Source: Chthonomonas sp.
GTDB taxonomy: Bacteria > Armatimonadota > Fimbriimonadia > Fimbriimonadales > Fimbriimonadaceae
Length of the DNA stretch: 64,000 nt
Assembly: GCA_040383535.1 (NCBI GenBank)
Contig: JBEIDH010000011.1
Span: 421-64,420, forward strand
Direction: 5' to 3'
The stretch's first letter is position 1. The number at the start of each line of letters is the position of its first letter. The position numbers and the translations under genes are program-made. Below are positions 8,393 through 16,788 of the stretch, piece after piece. The notes under the pieces are model-generated. The model made no database searches and was not told where the DNA came from. It was given only the letters and a program-made list of their open reading frames with translations.

Positions 8393-9928
8393 TTACTTAA
8401 CCGAAGCGAGGAACGCGGCGGTTGCTTCGTCGTAGGCGACTTTGAGCTTGGCTTCTAGGTCGCTGCTCATTGCCTGGGTGCTCTTGAGAGTCTCGACGAT
8501 GTCCGGGAATTTCTCGTGAACGTGCTTGAGAACCATCTTCTCAAGGCCTGGAACTTGCTCATTGCTGACGGCATCAAAGACCCCGCTGGTTCCGGCGTAG
8601 ATCACGATAACTTGGTCGATCGTGTCGTACGGCGTTGCCAAACCTTGCTTCAGGAGCTCGGTCAGTCGTTGGCCCCGCATCAGCTGGAGCTGGGTAGCCT
8701 TGTCAAGGTCGCTGGCGAACTGCGCAAAGGCAGCAACGTCGCGATATTGCGCCATTTCGAGCTTCAACTTACCAGCAACGCTCTTCATCGCCTTGATCTG
8801 AGCGTTTCCACCCACACGGCTAACCGAAATACCTACGTTGATCGCTGGGCGAACACCGGCGAAGAAGAGGTCTGGCTCAAGATAGATCTGACCGTCGGTG
8901 ATGGAAATCACGTTGGTAGGAATATAAGCAGAAACGTCTCCGGATTGCGTTTCGATGACCGGAAGAGCGGTCAGCGAACCTGCGCCTTCCACATCGCTGA
9001 GCTTACAAGCTCGCTCCAGCAAACGGGAGTGGAGGTAGAAAACGTCGCCAGGATAGGCTTCTCGTCCTGGAGGACGTCGGAGCAAGAGGGAGAGCGCTCG
9101 GTAGGCTTGGGCGTGCTTTGTAAGGTCATCGTAGACGACCAGACCGTGCATGGAATTGTCTCGGAAGTACTCACCGATGGTCGCACCGGCAAACGGAGCG
9201 AGATATTGCATCGCGTTGGAGTCCGAAGCGGACGCAACGATGATCACCGTGTACTCAAGCGCGCCGTTTTGTCGAAGGGTTTCAACAACACGGGCAACCT
9301 GGGCCATTTTTTGTCCAATGGCGACGTACATGCAGTACACCGGAGAGCCGCCCGGAGCATGGGTGGACTTTTGGTTGATGATGGCGTCGACGCAGACGGA
9401 GGTTTTTCCGGTTTGGCGGTCACCAATTACGAGCTCGCGCTGTCCGCGGCCGACTGGGATCATCGCGTCAACGGCTTTGATTCCGGTTTGGAGCGGTTCC
9501 TTCACTGGCTGTCGTTCGACAACACCAGGAGCGAGAACTTCAATGAGTCGAAACTCGTCGGATGGGATTGGACCAAGACCGTCAAGTGGTTGGCCAAGCG
9601 CGTTCACGACACGACCAAGAAGACCCTTACCCACTGGGATTTGGATAATCTTTCCGGTTTCGCGGACCTTGTCCCCTTCCTTGATCTTGGTTTCATCGCC
9701 GATGAGAACAGCACCGATGGAATCTTCTTCAAGGTTAAGGGCAAGTCCCATGACGCCGTGTGGGAACTCAAGGAGCTCTCCCATTTGGCAGTCTGGGAGT
9801 CCGTAGACGCGCGCAATTCCGTCTCCAACTTGGAGAACGGTTCCAACGTGGTCTACTTCTACAGTGCGCTCGAACTTTTGTAGTTCTTGCGTGAGAATGG
9901 ATGTGATTTCTTCGGGTCGAATCGCCAT
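8393..9928 (-). CDS. atpA: F0F1 ATP synthase subunit alpha
   Basis: P-loop GDRQTGKT; full-length alpha-subunit pattern, 511 aa. Confidence 0.97.
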   Translation of the reverse strand: MAIRPEEITSILTQELQKFERTVEVDHVGTVLQVGDGIARVYGLPDCQMGELLEFPHGVMGLALNLEEDSIGAVLIGDETKIKEGDKVRETGKIIQIPVGKGLLGRVVNALGQPLDGLGPIPSDEFRLIEVLAPGVVERQPVKEPLQTGIKAVDAMIPVGRGQRELVIGDRQTGKTSVCVDAIINQKSTHAPGGSPVYCMYVAIGQKMAQVARVVETLRQNGALEYTVIIVASASDSNAMQYLAPFAGATIGEYFRDNSMHGLVVYDDLTKHAQAYRALSLLLRRPPGREAYPGDVFYLHSRLLERACKLSDVEGAGSLTALPVIETQSGDVSAYIPTNVISITDGQIYLEPDLFFAGVRPAINVGISVSRVGGNAQIKAMKSVAGKLKLEMAQYRDVAAFAQFASDLDKATQLQLMRGQRLTELLKQGLATPYDTIDQVIVIYAGTSGVFDAVSNEQVPGLEKMVLKHVHEKFPDIVETLKSTQAMSSDLEAKLKVAYDEATAAFLASVK

Positions 9929-9947
9929 GATACTTTTGCTTTCCAGC

Positions 9948-10499
9948 CTAGATTTGTTTTAAAACGTCGTAGAGAAGTCGGTCTTTGAGGCGTGCCATGG
10001 AGCCTTTAAGGCTTCCATCGAGGACATAGTCTCCGATTTGGACTCGCACACCTGCGATGATAGAAGGGTCGATAGAGAAAGTCGCTTCGACTTTGGTTTT
10101 CCCGCTTGCTTCGAGCTTGGCAATGATTCCTTGCTTTTCTGCGGCGGAGAGTTCTGCCGCGCTGACGATAGAAGCGTAAAGCGTCCCATCATTTGCTCGT
10201 CGTAGCTCTTCGAACTTTTCTGCAACTCCGGTCAGGATGTTTTCCCGACGCTTGTTTAGTAGGAGTCGGAGGAATTGCATAGTCAGCGCGGTGATCTTGT
10301 CTCCAAAAACACCTTCGACTAGTTTGAGCTTATCCGCTCGGGTGTTTGTTGGGTCTTCCAGGAATCCACCGAATCGCGCGTCATGCTCCATCGCACCAAC
10401 GATGCCTTTAAGGTCATCGCTGACGCTGGTTACCATCTTCTCTTTTTGAGCAACCTCAAAAAGGGATTGGGCATATCGGCTAGCGACGCGCATGTCCAT
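9948..10499 (-). CDS. atpH: F0F1 ATP synthase subunit delta (OSCP)
   Basis: 183 aa with [12 protein letters not shown] start, positioned between atpF and atpA. Confidence 0.9.
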   Translation of the reverse strand: MDMRVASRYAQSLFEVAQKEKMVTSVSDDLKGIVGAMEHDARFGGFLEDPTNTRADKLKLVEGVFGDKITALTMQFLRLLLNKRRENILTGVAEKFEELRRANDGTLYASIVSAAELSAAEKQGIIAKLEASGKTKVEATFSIDPSIIAGVRVQIGDYVLDGSLKGSMARLKDRLLYDVLKQI

Positions 10500-11131
10500 T
10501 ATCGGCTAGGGACCTCTGCTTTTTCGATGAAGTCAGCGACGAGCTTGCGGTTTGTGTCCGAATCTACGGACTTGCCCACGAGCTTTTCTGTAGCAGCAAG
10601 GGTCATATTGACAACCTCGACGCGGAGGGAATTCATGATCTTTTCCTTTTCGGCGGCAAGTTCTTCTTGCGCCTTTGCCATCATGGAATCCTTTGCTGCA
10701 TTGGCTTCGGCGACCAAAGTGGACCGAAGATCTTGCGCTTCCTTGATTTGGGATTGAATCTTGTCTCGCGCATCGGCTTCTGTTTCCACGATGCGCTTTT
10801 CGTAGTCGCTCTTCATGGTGTTCATTTCAGAACGGAGCGATTCGACTTCGCTGAACGTGGCTTCCAGTTCACCGTTGCGGGCATTGATGGCGTCGCGCAG
10901 AGGAACGATAAAGAAGGACTCAATCACCTTGAAGAGGATCAAGAATACACCGATGGAAGCGACCGTCTTGCCTGGCTCCAACGGAATTCCTTGTTCTGCG
11001 AGGCCTTTCTGGAACTTGATCACATCGTCCATCTTTGCCACGTACATGCCGCCGACCATGAGGATAAGCCCAAAGACGATCGAAACGACGGTCATGCCTG
11101 AAGATGGTTTATTTTCTGTTGCGTTAGCCAT
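10499..11131 (-). CDS. atpF: F0F1 ATP synthase subunit b (with N-terminal extension)
   Basis: Canonical TM plus long charged coiled coil (FFIVPLRDAINARNGELE...), in operon position. An extra ~55 aa N-terminal segment carries a second hydrophobic stretch. Alternative start M34 at about 11032. Confidence 0.85.
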   Translation of the reverse strand: MANATENKPSSGMTVVSIVFGLILMVGGMYVAKMDDVIKFQKGLAEQGIPLEPGKTVASIGVFLILFKVIESFFIVPLRDAINARNGELEATFSEVESLRSEMNTMKSDYEKRIVETEADARDKIQSQIKEAQDLRSTLVAEANAAKDSMMAKAQEELAAEKEKIMNSLRVEVVNMTLAATEKLVGKSVDSDTNRKLVADFIEKAEVPSR

Positions 11132-11211
11132 TGATTAAAAAGCGGTTGTTTTTAAGGAAGGATGGCTTGGCTGACTCACGTTCTTGGAAATCAGCCAAGC
11201 GGGTCAGGTTC

Positions 11212-11418
11212 TTACTTTGCAGTAAGAGGGCCCATACCGACGAAGACGGTGAGCAGGAAGACGAGCTCGACGAACGCAAGAGCGATCAACATTGCAGTTT
11301 GCATTTTGCCGATAGCTTCTGGTTGTCGTGACATGCCGTTCATGGCGCCTTGGCCGATCATGCCGAGGCCGATTGCTACGCCGAGAGCGGCGAGTCCGAG
11401 TGCGAATGGTGCGTTCAT
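11212..11418 (-). CDS. atpE: F0F1 ATP synthase subunit c
   Basis: 68-aa hairpin protein MNAPFALGLAALGV...RQPE...AFVELVFLL with carboxylate Glu. The track ORF (to 11559) is over-extended. Confidence 0.9.
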   Translation of the reverse strand: MNAPFALGLAALGVAIGLGMIGQGAMNGMSRQPEAIGKMQTAMLIALAFVELVFLLTVFVGMGPLTAK

Positions 11419-11473
11419 TTTTCTTATATTTCTCCTAGTTTTAGTTAGTTTTCTTGTTGAGGTTACAAATTGT

Positions 11474-12259
11474 TTAGTGGGCTGGAACAGGGTCTCCGTG
11501 GCCATGGTCATCGCCGTGGGCATGCTCTGGATCATGGGTGACCAAGGAAATGTACACACACAGGAGCAAGCAGAAGATGAGTGCTTGGACGACGCAGGTC
11601 AGGAGCTTGATCGGCAGCAAAAATGCTCCGAGCGGCGTGTAAAAACTTTCTCCAAGCTTGTTCATCGCCACAACGGCTTCGTGTCCACCGTGGATGTTTC
11701 CATAGAGTCGCAGGGAAAGGGAAACATTCTTCATTGCTTCTGAGACCAGCTCAATAATGAACAACATGCCGTTGATTGGAATGAGAGCAAGCCCCATTTT
11801 CGGACCGGCAAAGTGGCCAAAGTGTCCGAAGAAACCGTTTTGTCGAATACCTTCCCACTGGACATATCCGATTGCGATGAGCGCCATGCCCATATTGAAT
11901 CCGAGGTCTGCGGTTGGAGAAGTTGGGAAGAAGAGGGCAACCACGCAGCTAACAAAGATGACCACCCAGAACACAAAGAGCATCGGGATGTACTTGCGGC
12001 CATAGCCACCAATGATGCCCACGGCAAGATTTTCAATAAAGAGATAAAGTTGTTCAAACGCGCCAGCCATAGGGTGCTTCAGGACGCGAGAATTGAGACC
12101 TTTCTTTGCCCAGGCCATCAGGCCGAGGATGATTGCAACCACAAATGCAATGTAGATCAGCAGACCGATCAGGTTCGGACCGTGAGCACCGCCACCCTTG
12201 TGACCTTCACCGTGTGCCGCTTCTGCGAGTAGGACTCCGCTAGTCAAAAAATCCATCAT
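11474..12259 (-). CDS. atpB: F0F1 ATP synthase subunit a
   Basis: LSLRLYGNIHGGH motif with essential Arg, multi-TM. Start at MMDFLT (12259). Carries an unusual His/Asp-rich C-terminal tail. Confidence 0.9.
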   Translation of the reverse strand: MMDFLTSGVLLAEAAHGEGHKGGGAHGPNLIGLLIYIAFVVAIILGLMAWAKKGLNSRVLKHPMAGAFEQLYLFIENLAVGIIGGYGRKYIPMLFVFWVVIFVSCVVALFFPTSPTADLGFNMGMALIAIGYVQWEGIRQNGFFGHFGHFAGPKMGLALIPINGMLFIIELVSEAMKNVSLSLRLYGNIHGGHEAVVAMNKLGESFYTPLGAFLLPIKLLTCVVQALIFCLLLCVYISLVTHDPEHAHGDDHGHGDPVPAH

Positions 12260-12275
12260 GGTCGTAAAAATAGGC

Positions 12276-12629
12276 TCACTCTTCCCGAGTCTGAGCCCAT
12301 GCAACTGCGAGTGAGTATACCACCAGCGTTCCAAAAATAAATGCCTGTGCTGCAACGTCACCAAGACTTTTGGCGTAAAAAAGCAATCCGATCCAGATCG
12401 GCAATTTCATCACAAAAATAACGACCGTCCCGCAACCTGTTAGTCTTTGACGGCTGGGATCAGAGGTGAGCAGTTTTATTGCAATCCACCACCCGAACCA
12501 GGCGAGCGTTGTGGCCAAGATTCCCGTGAGCATCCCGATGGATGCCGAAAGTCCCCAAGGATACGCACCGACGGTGAGGATCGACCCGATAGCAATGTAA
12601 ACTCCCGGCTTTTGGAATTGCGCTCTCAC
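12276..12629 (-). CDS. AtpI-like small membrane protein
   Basis: Hydrophobic 4-TM-like protein directly upstream of atpB. The GTG start overlaps the stop of the upstream gene (GTGA). Confidence 0.5.
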   Translation of the reverse strand: MRAQFQKPGVYIAIGSILTVGAYPWGLSASIGMLTGILATTLAWFGWWIAIKLLTSDPSRQRLTGCGTVVIFVMKLPIWIGLLFYAKSLGDVAAQAFIFGTLVVYSLAVAWAQTREE

Positions 12630-13000
12630 TGTTGAGTTCGATTGAGGATGTAAACGCAGTAGCCGACTCCAGCAAAAGCTCCAATCATCCCGAGGATTCC
12701 AGACCAAGTTTTGACTGTAGAATTTCCGTCGATGAGGTACCCAATTCCGAACCCAAGGAGGGGCGTTCCGATAATGGCGTAGGCGACCGTTAAACCAATC
12801 CCTAGGCCCCGGGCGGATTCCCCGTCGCTCCGACGCTCTTCGGTCTGCCTTTCTTGCTTGACTTCCATGGTCCGCTTAAGCTTTGCGGCCCTCGCGTGCA
12901 ACTCCTCGGCTTTCGCATGAAACTCGTCGTCAATCTTCTCGACTTTCGCGTTGGCTTCGTCGGTGATCGCGTCGATGGGGTCTTTGTCTTCGTTATTCAT
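12626..13000 (-). CDS. AtpZ/ATPase_gene1 family membrane protein with charged N-terminal extension
   Basis: C-terminal GLGIGLTVAYAIIGTPLLGFGIGYLID...GMIGAFAGVGY resembles AtpZ. First gene of the atp operon. Confidence 0.6.
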   Translation of the reverse strand: MNNEDKDPIDAITDEANAKVEKIDDEFHAKAEELHARAAKLKRTMEVKQERQTEERRSDGESARGLGIGLTVAYAIIGTPLLGFGIGYLIDGNSTVKTWSGILGMIGAFAGVGYCVYILNRTQQ

Positions 13001-13065
13001 GAGTGGAAAATTTTGAGCGGAATGTCGCGAGGAAAGTCTTCATAATAAAGGGCGTGAGCGCGGCA

Positions 13066-15186
13066 ATGGAAACGGAAATCCAGTTTATGAAGGGCGTTGG
13101 CCCGCGCCTAGCTCCATTGTATCAAAAATTGGGGATTCATACCGTCGGCGATCTGCTTTTTCATGCCCCGCACCGCTACGAAGACCGCCGAAATCTCCCC
13201 AAAATCCGCGAAGTGAAGCCCGGAACCTTTGTGACCGTCCGTGGGAAAATTGCCGCCATTGATGTCAAGCCGAGCCGGGGGCGCGCTGCTCCGATCCGTT
13301 GCATTTTGCACGACGGAACCGCGCAGATTGGCTTGATCTGGTTCAACCAGCCCTGGATCGCGAAAAAATTACGCGAGGCAAAGGGCGACGTGATTGCTTA
13401 CGGTCAGGTCAAAGAAGGGCATTACGGCTACGAGATCGCCGCGCCGGAATTTGAGATCATTGATCCCGAAGAAGATGCCGATGGCTTCACCAAAATTGTC
13501 CCGGTTTATCCGCTCACAGAAGGGCTCCAGCAGCGCTCAATGCGGAAGGCGACCGAATCCGCCATCGAGAAGTACCTGGATGAGGTGGATGAATATCTTC
13601 CTACCGATTTTCGCAAGCAGAATAGGTTGGTCGGAATCCGGGCGGCTTTGCGAGCGATCCACCGACCCGATGGTCTGGAGATTTTGGAAGCCGGACGTCG
13701 CCGGTTGATCTTTGATGAGTTTCTGCTCATCCAGCTTCATCTCCAAATGCGAAAGGCCTCGACCCAGCAGGAGCCGGGGATCAAATTTGCAATCTCCGAA
13801 CTCGCCGGGACGGATGGGGGAGGATTATTTGGATCGTCCAGCACCCTCGCAGAAGGCGGAACTTTGTGGGATGAAGTCCATAAAATGCTCCCCTTTGAAC
13901 TCACCGGCGCCCAGCGAAGGGTGATCGGCGAAATTTGGAAGGACATGGAAACCGCCGTGCCCATGAACCGCTTGGTGCAAGGGGACGTCGGTTCCGGAAA
14001 GACCGCCGTCGCCGCTTGCGCGATCCTTGCCGCCGTCCGCTGTGGATATCAAGCCGCCCTGATGGCACCGACCGAAATCCTTGCCGAACAGCATTCAATC
14101 GGATTAAAGAGATTGTTCTCGCCGCTAGGGATTAACGTGAATTTTTTAGCTGGCAAACTCGGCGCAAAGGAGAAGCGAAAGGTCTACGACCTGGTGAAGT
14201 CGGGCGAGGCGCAGATTGTGGTGGGAACTCATGCCTTGATTCAGGCGGATGTTGAGTTTAAAAGCCTCGGACTTGCCGTGATTGATGAGCAGCATCGCTT
14301 TGGCGTTTTGCAAAGACTCGCGCTCCGGCAAAAAGCTGAAAATGCTCCAGATATGCTCGTGATGACGGCGACGCCGATTCCCCGAACTCTTTCCATGACG
14401 TTGTACGGCGATCTGGACGTGAGCATTATTGACGAATTGCCACCCGGCAGAAAGCCCATCAAAACCCATTGGAAAAAACCTCTGGATCGGGAAACGATTT
14501 ATGAAGGCGTCAAAAGGATGCTGGAACAAGGCCGCCAAGCCTATTTTGTTTGCCCAGCGATCACCGAAAGCGAGAAAATGCAAACGCTTGCCGCAGTGGA
14601 TTTGCACGAACGTTTGAGTTCGGGGGTTTATAAGGAGTATCGGGTTGGCCTGCTTCACGGGCAACTTAAGCCTGCCGAAAAAGAAGTCGTCATGGAGCAA
14701 TTTCGAAAGCACGAACTCGATATTCTGGTCGCGACGGTTGTAATCGAAGTCGGGGTAGACGTTCCGAACGCCAGCGTGATGGTGGTCGAAGATGCGAATC
14801 GCTTTGGATTAAGTCAGCTTCACCAGATTCGCGGTCGGGTCGGACGGGGCGAACATGCGTCGTTCTGCATTTTGATCGCGGATGGGAATAACCCCGATTC
14901 GCAACAACGGATGGAAGTCATGGTGATGACCCAAGATGGATTCGTGATCGCGGAAGAAGATCTGAAACTCCGGGGTCCGGGTGATTTGATGGGGACCAAG
15001 CAAAGCGGGAATTTGGACTTAAAGATCGCGGACTTGGTGCGCGATTTTGCGATCCTGGAAGAAGCCCAAAAGGCTGCGCAGAAGATGATTGCGAAGGATC
15101 CCCAACTCCGCGAACCCGACCATCGTCGCCTGGCAAACATGATCGCGGGGATCAAAGAAGAAGATGCCTGGATCTCAAAGAGCTAA
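13066..15186 (+). CDS. recG: ATP-dependent DNA helicase RecG
   Basis: Wedge domain plus SF2 helicase motifs (GDVGSGKT, DEQHRFGV, TATPIPRT, QLHQIRGRVGRG). Start taken at ATG 13066. Confidence 0.93.
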   Translation: METEIQFMKGVGPRLAPLYQKLGIHTVGDLLFHAPHRYEDRRNLPKIREVKPGTFVTVRGKIAAIDVKPSRGRAAPIRCILHDGTAQIGLIWFNQPWIAKKLREAKGDVIAYGQVKEGHYGYEIAAPEFEIIDPEEDADGFTKIVPVYPLTEGLQQRSMRKATESAIEKYLDEVDEYLPTDFRKQNRLVGIRAALRAIHRPDGLEILEAGRRRLIFDEFLLIQLHLQMRKASTQQEPGIKFAISELAGTDGGGLFGSSSTLAEGGTLWDEVHKMLPFELTGAQRRVIGEIWKDMETAVPMNRLVQGDVGSGKTAVAACAILAAVRCGYQAALMAPTEILAEQHSIGLKRLFSPLGINVNFLAGKLGAKEKRKVYDLVKSGEAQIVVGTHALIQADVEFKSLGLAVIDEQHRFGVLQRLALRQKAENAPDMLVMTATPIPRTLSMTLYGDLDVSIIDELPPGRKPIKTHWKKPLDRETIYEGVKRMLEQGRQAYFVCPAITESEKMQTLAAVDLHERLSSGVYKEYRVGLLHGQLKPAEKEVVMEQFRKHELDILVATVVIEVGVDVPNASVMVVEDANRFGLSQLHQIRGRVGRGEHASFCILIADGNNPDSQQRMEVMVMTQDGFVIAEEDLKLRGPGDLMGTKQSGNLDLKIADLVRDFAILEEAQKAAQKMIAKDPQLREPDHRRLANMIAGIKEEDAWISKS

Positions 15187-16242
15187 ATGGATTTATCACG
15201 ATTTGCCGGACAAATGAAGGTGACGGGCTTCGGGCAAGAGTCCCAAAAGAAGCTCAGCGAAGCTACGGTTTTGATCGCGGGAATGGGAGGATTGGGTTGC
15301 CCTGTTGGGCTGACTTTGGCGACCTCTGGGGTCGGTCGGCTAGTGTTTGTGGATCCGGATGCTGTTGAGGAGTCTAATCTCTACCGTCAGCCCCTGTATT
15401 GCGAGTTTGAACTGGGGTTGCCAAAAGTTCAAGTCGCGGCGCTCCGATTACGCGATCGAACCGCCGAGATTCAGCCGGTGCATCGCCGGGTTTCGGAAGA
15501 AGATTTAGGCGGGATTGATTTGGTTGTTGACGCGATGGATGACTGGGAGTCTTCTGTTGCGCTTTCCGCCTGGGTAAATGCGGCTGGGATTCCGGTTGTC
15601 TTCGGCGGGCTTTCGGGGGCATTTGGAGTGGTGACTTCGTTGAACGGCGGACGCATAGAATACGTTTTCCCCGGTGAAATGGGGCTGACGGGACTCACAA
15701 GTCTGACTCTTTCCGCTCCGCAGACTTGCGCCGAATCCGGCACTCTCGGTGCCGTCGCCGCGCTAACCGGTCAAGTCATGGCGCTTGAAGCAATCAAGGT
15801 CATTACGGGCTGGGGTGAGAACCTTGGCAACAAAATCTGCTGGATCAATGGGGAATCTGGCGAGCAAAGAATCTTAATGCTCCCCAACAAAAACGCCCAA
15901 GAAACGGCAACAATAAAGGATATGGTTCGAGAAATTCAGCCCGAAGACTTAGCCGACTTCCGCCGCGCCAACCCAGATATGATCCTTTTGGATGTCCGGG
16001 AAACCGATGAGAGGCAAGTGAGCGTATTGCCTGGCGATGTCCATATTCCCATCGGAGACATCCAAGCCAGAGCTCACGAACTTAATCCGTCGAAAGAAAT
16101 GGTCGTATATTGCCGAAGCGGGGCACGTAGCGCGAGTGTGATTGAATTCCTCGCGACTAAAGGATTTTCAAAAACGTTTAACCTCGCTGGAGGAATCAAC
16201 CGCTATGCACGCGACGTTGATCCAAGCCTTACGATTTACTAA
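15187..16242 (+). CDS. ThiF/MoeB-family adenylyltransferase fused to rhodanese domain (MoeZ-like)
   Basis: IAGMGGLGCPVGLTLATSGVG nucleotide-binding loop; C-terminal rhodanese with CRSGARS active-site loop. The ATG directly abuts the recG stop. Confidence 0.8.
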   Translation: MDLSRFAGQMKVTGFGQESQKKLSEATVLIAGMGGLGCPVGLTLATSGVGRLVFVDPDAVEESNLYRQPLYCEFELGLPKVQVAALRLRDRTAEIQPVHRRVSEEDLGGIDLVVDAMDDWESSVALSAWVNAAGIPVVFGGLSGAFGVVTSLNGGRIEYVFPGEMGLTGLTSLTLSAPQTCAESGTLGAVAALTGQVMALEAIKVITGWGENLGNKICWINGESGEQRILMLPNKNAQETATIKDMVREIQPEDLADFRRANPDMILLDVRETDERQVSVLPGDVHIPIGDIQARAHELNPSKEMVVYCRSGARSASVIEFLATKGFSKTFNLAGGINRYARDVDPSLTIY

Positions 16243-16788
16243 CTAAGCTTTCTGCTTCAAAGCCTTTTCTATCGCGCTGGTGATCCAGCGGGAGTGAGGA
16301 TCTTCTTCGGGTTTAAATCTCTTGATGACCTTGCCCTTTCGATCAAGAATGAACTTAGCGAAGTTCCATTCGATCTCGTCTCTCGGTCGATCTGATTGTG
16401 CAACCAACCACTTGTAAAGCGGGACAATCTTTTCACCCATCACGTTCACTTTTGACATTAGTGGAAAAGTGACGTTGTACTCAGTCGTGCAAAATTCCTT
16501 GATCTCAGCATTAGTCCCAGGTTCTTGATTCCGGAAATTATTGGCGGGGAAGGCGACGATGACAAACCCGTCCTTCTTGTACTTTTGGTAGAGCTTTTCC
16601 AGTCCAGCGTACTGCGGAGTTAAGGCACAGAAGGTTGCAGTATTGACCACCATCACGACCTTCCCTTTGTGGATTTTCATCGACCGCTTGTAGCCGTCTA
16701 TGTCGGGCATCGTGAAGTCGTAAAAGCTTTTCGGCGCTTCGGGAGGCGCTTGAAGAAAGAGGGATGCAGTAAGAAGAATCGCGTTCAT
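16243..16788 (-). CDS. glutathione peroxidase family protein (Cys type) with signal-like N-terminus
   Basis: FYDF...VVMVVNTATFCALTPQY...FPANNFRNQEPG...WNFAKFI. Confidence 0.88.
   Translation of the reverse strand: MNAILLTASLFLQAPPEAPKSFYDFTMPDIDGYKRSMKIHKGKVVMVVNTATFCALTPQYAGLEKLYQKYKKDGFVIVAFPANNFRNQEPGTNAEIKEFCTTEYNVTFPLMSKVNVMGEKIVPLYKWLVAQSDRPRDEIEWNFAKFILDRKGKVIKRFKPEEDPHSRWITSAIEKALKQKA

Noticed and set aside
8516-9883. 455-aa ORF antisense to atpA. Similar long antisense ORFs occur at 1059..2000, 7362..8120, 14146..14712, 21003..21665 and 44019..44855.
   Set aside because: Each lies entirely opposite a gene with unmistakable homology. Their translations are low-complexity and Arg/Gly/Val-rich with no recognisable motifs. 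Stop-free antisense frames are a known by-product of codon bias.
16243-16788. Possible selenocysteine in the glutathione peroxidase.
   Set aside because: The active-site position is an ordinary Cys codon (ATFCALT) and there is no in-frame TGA.
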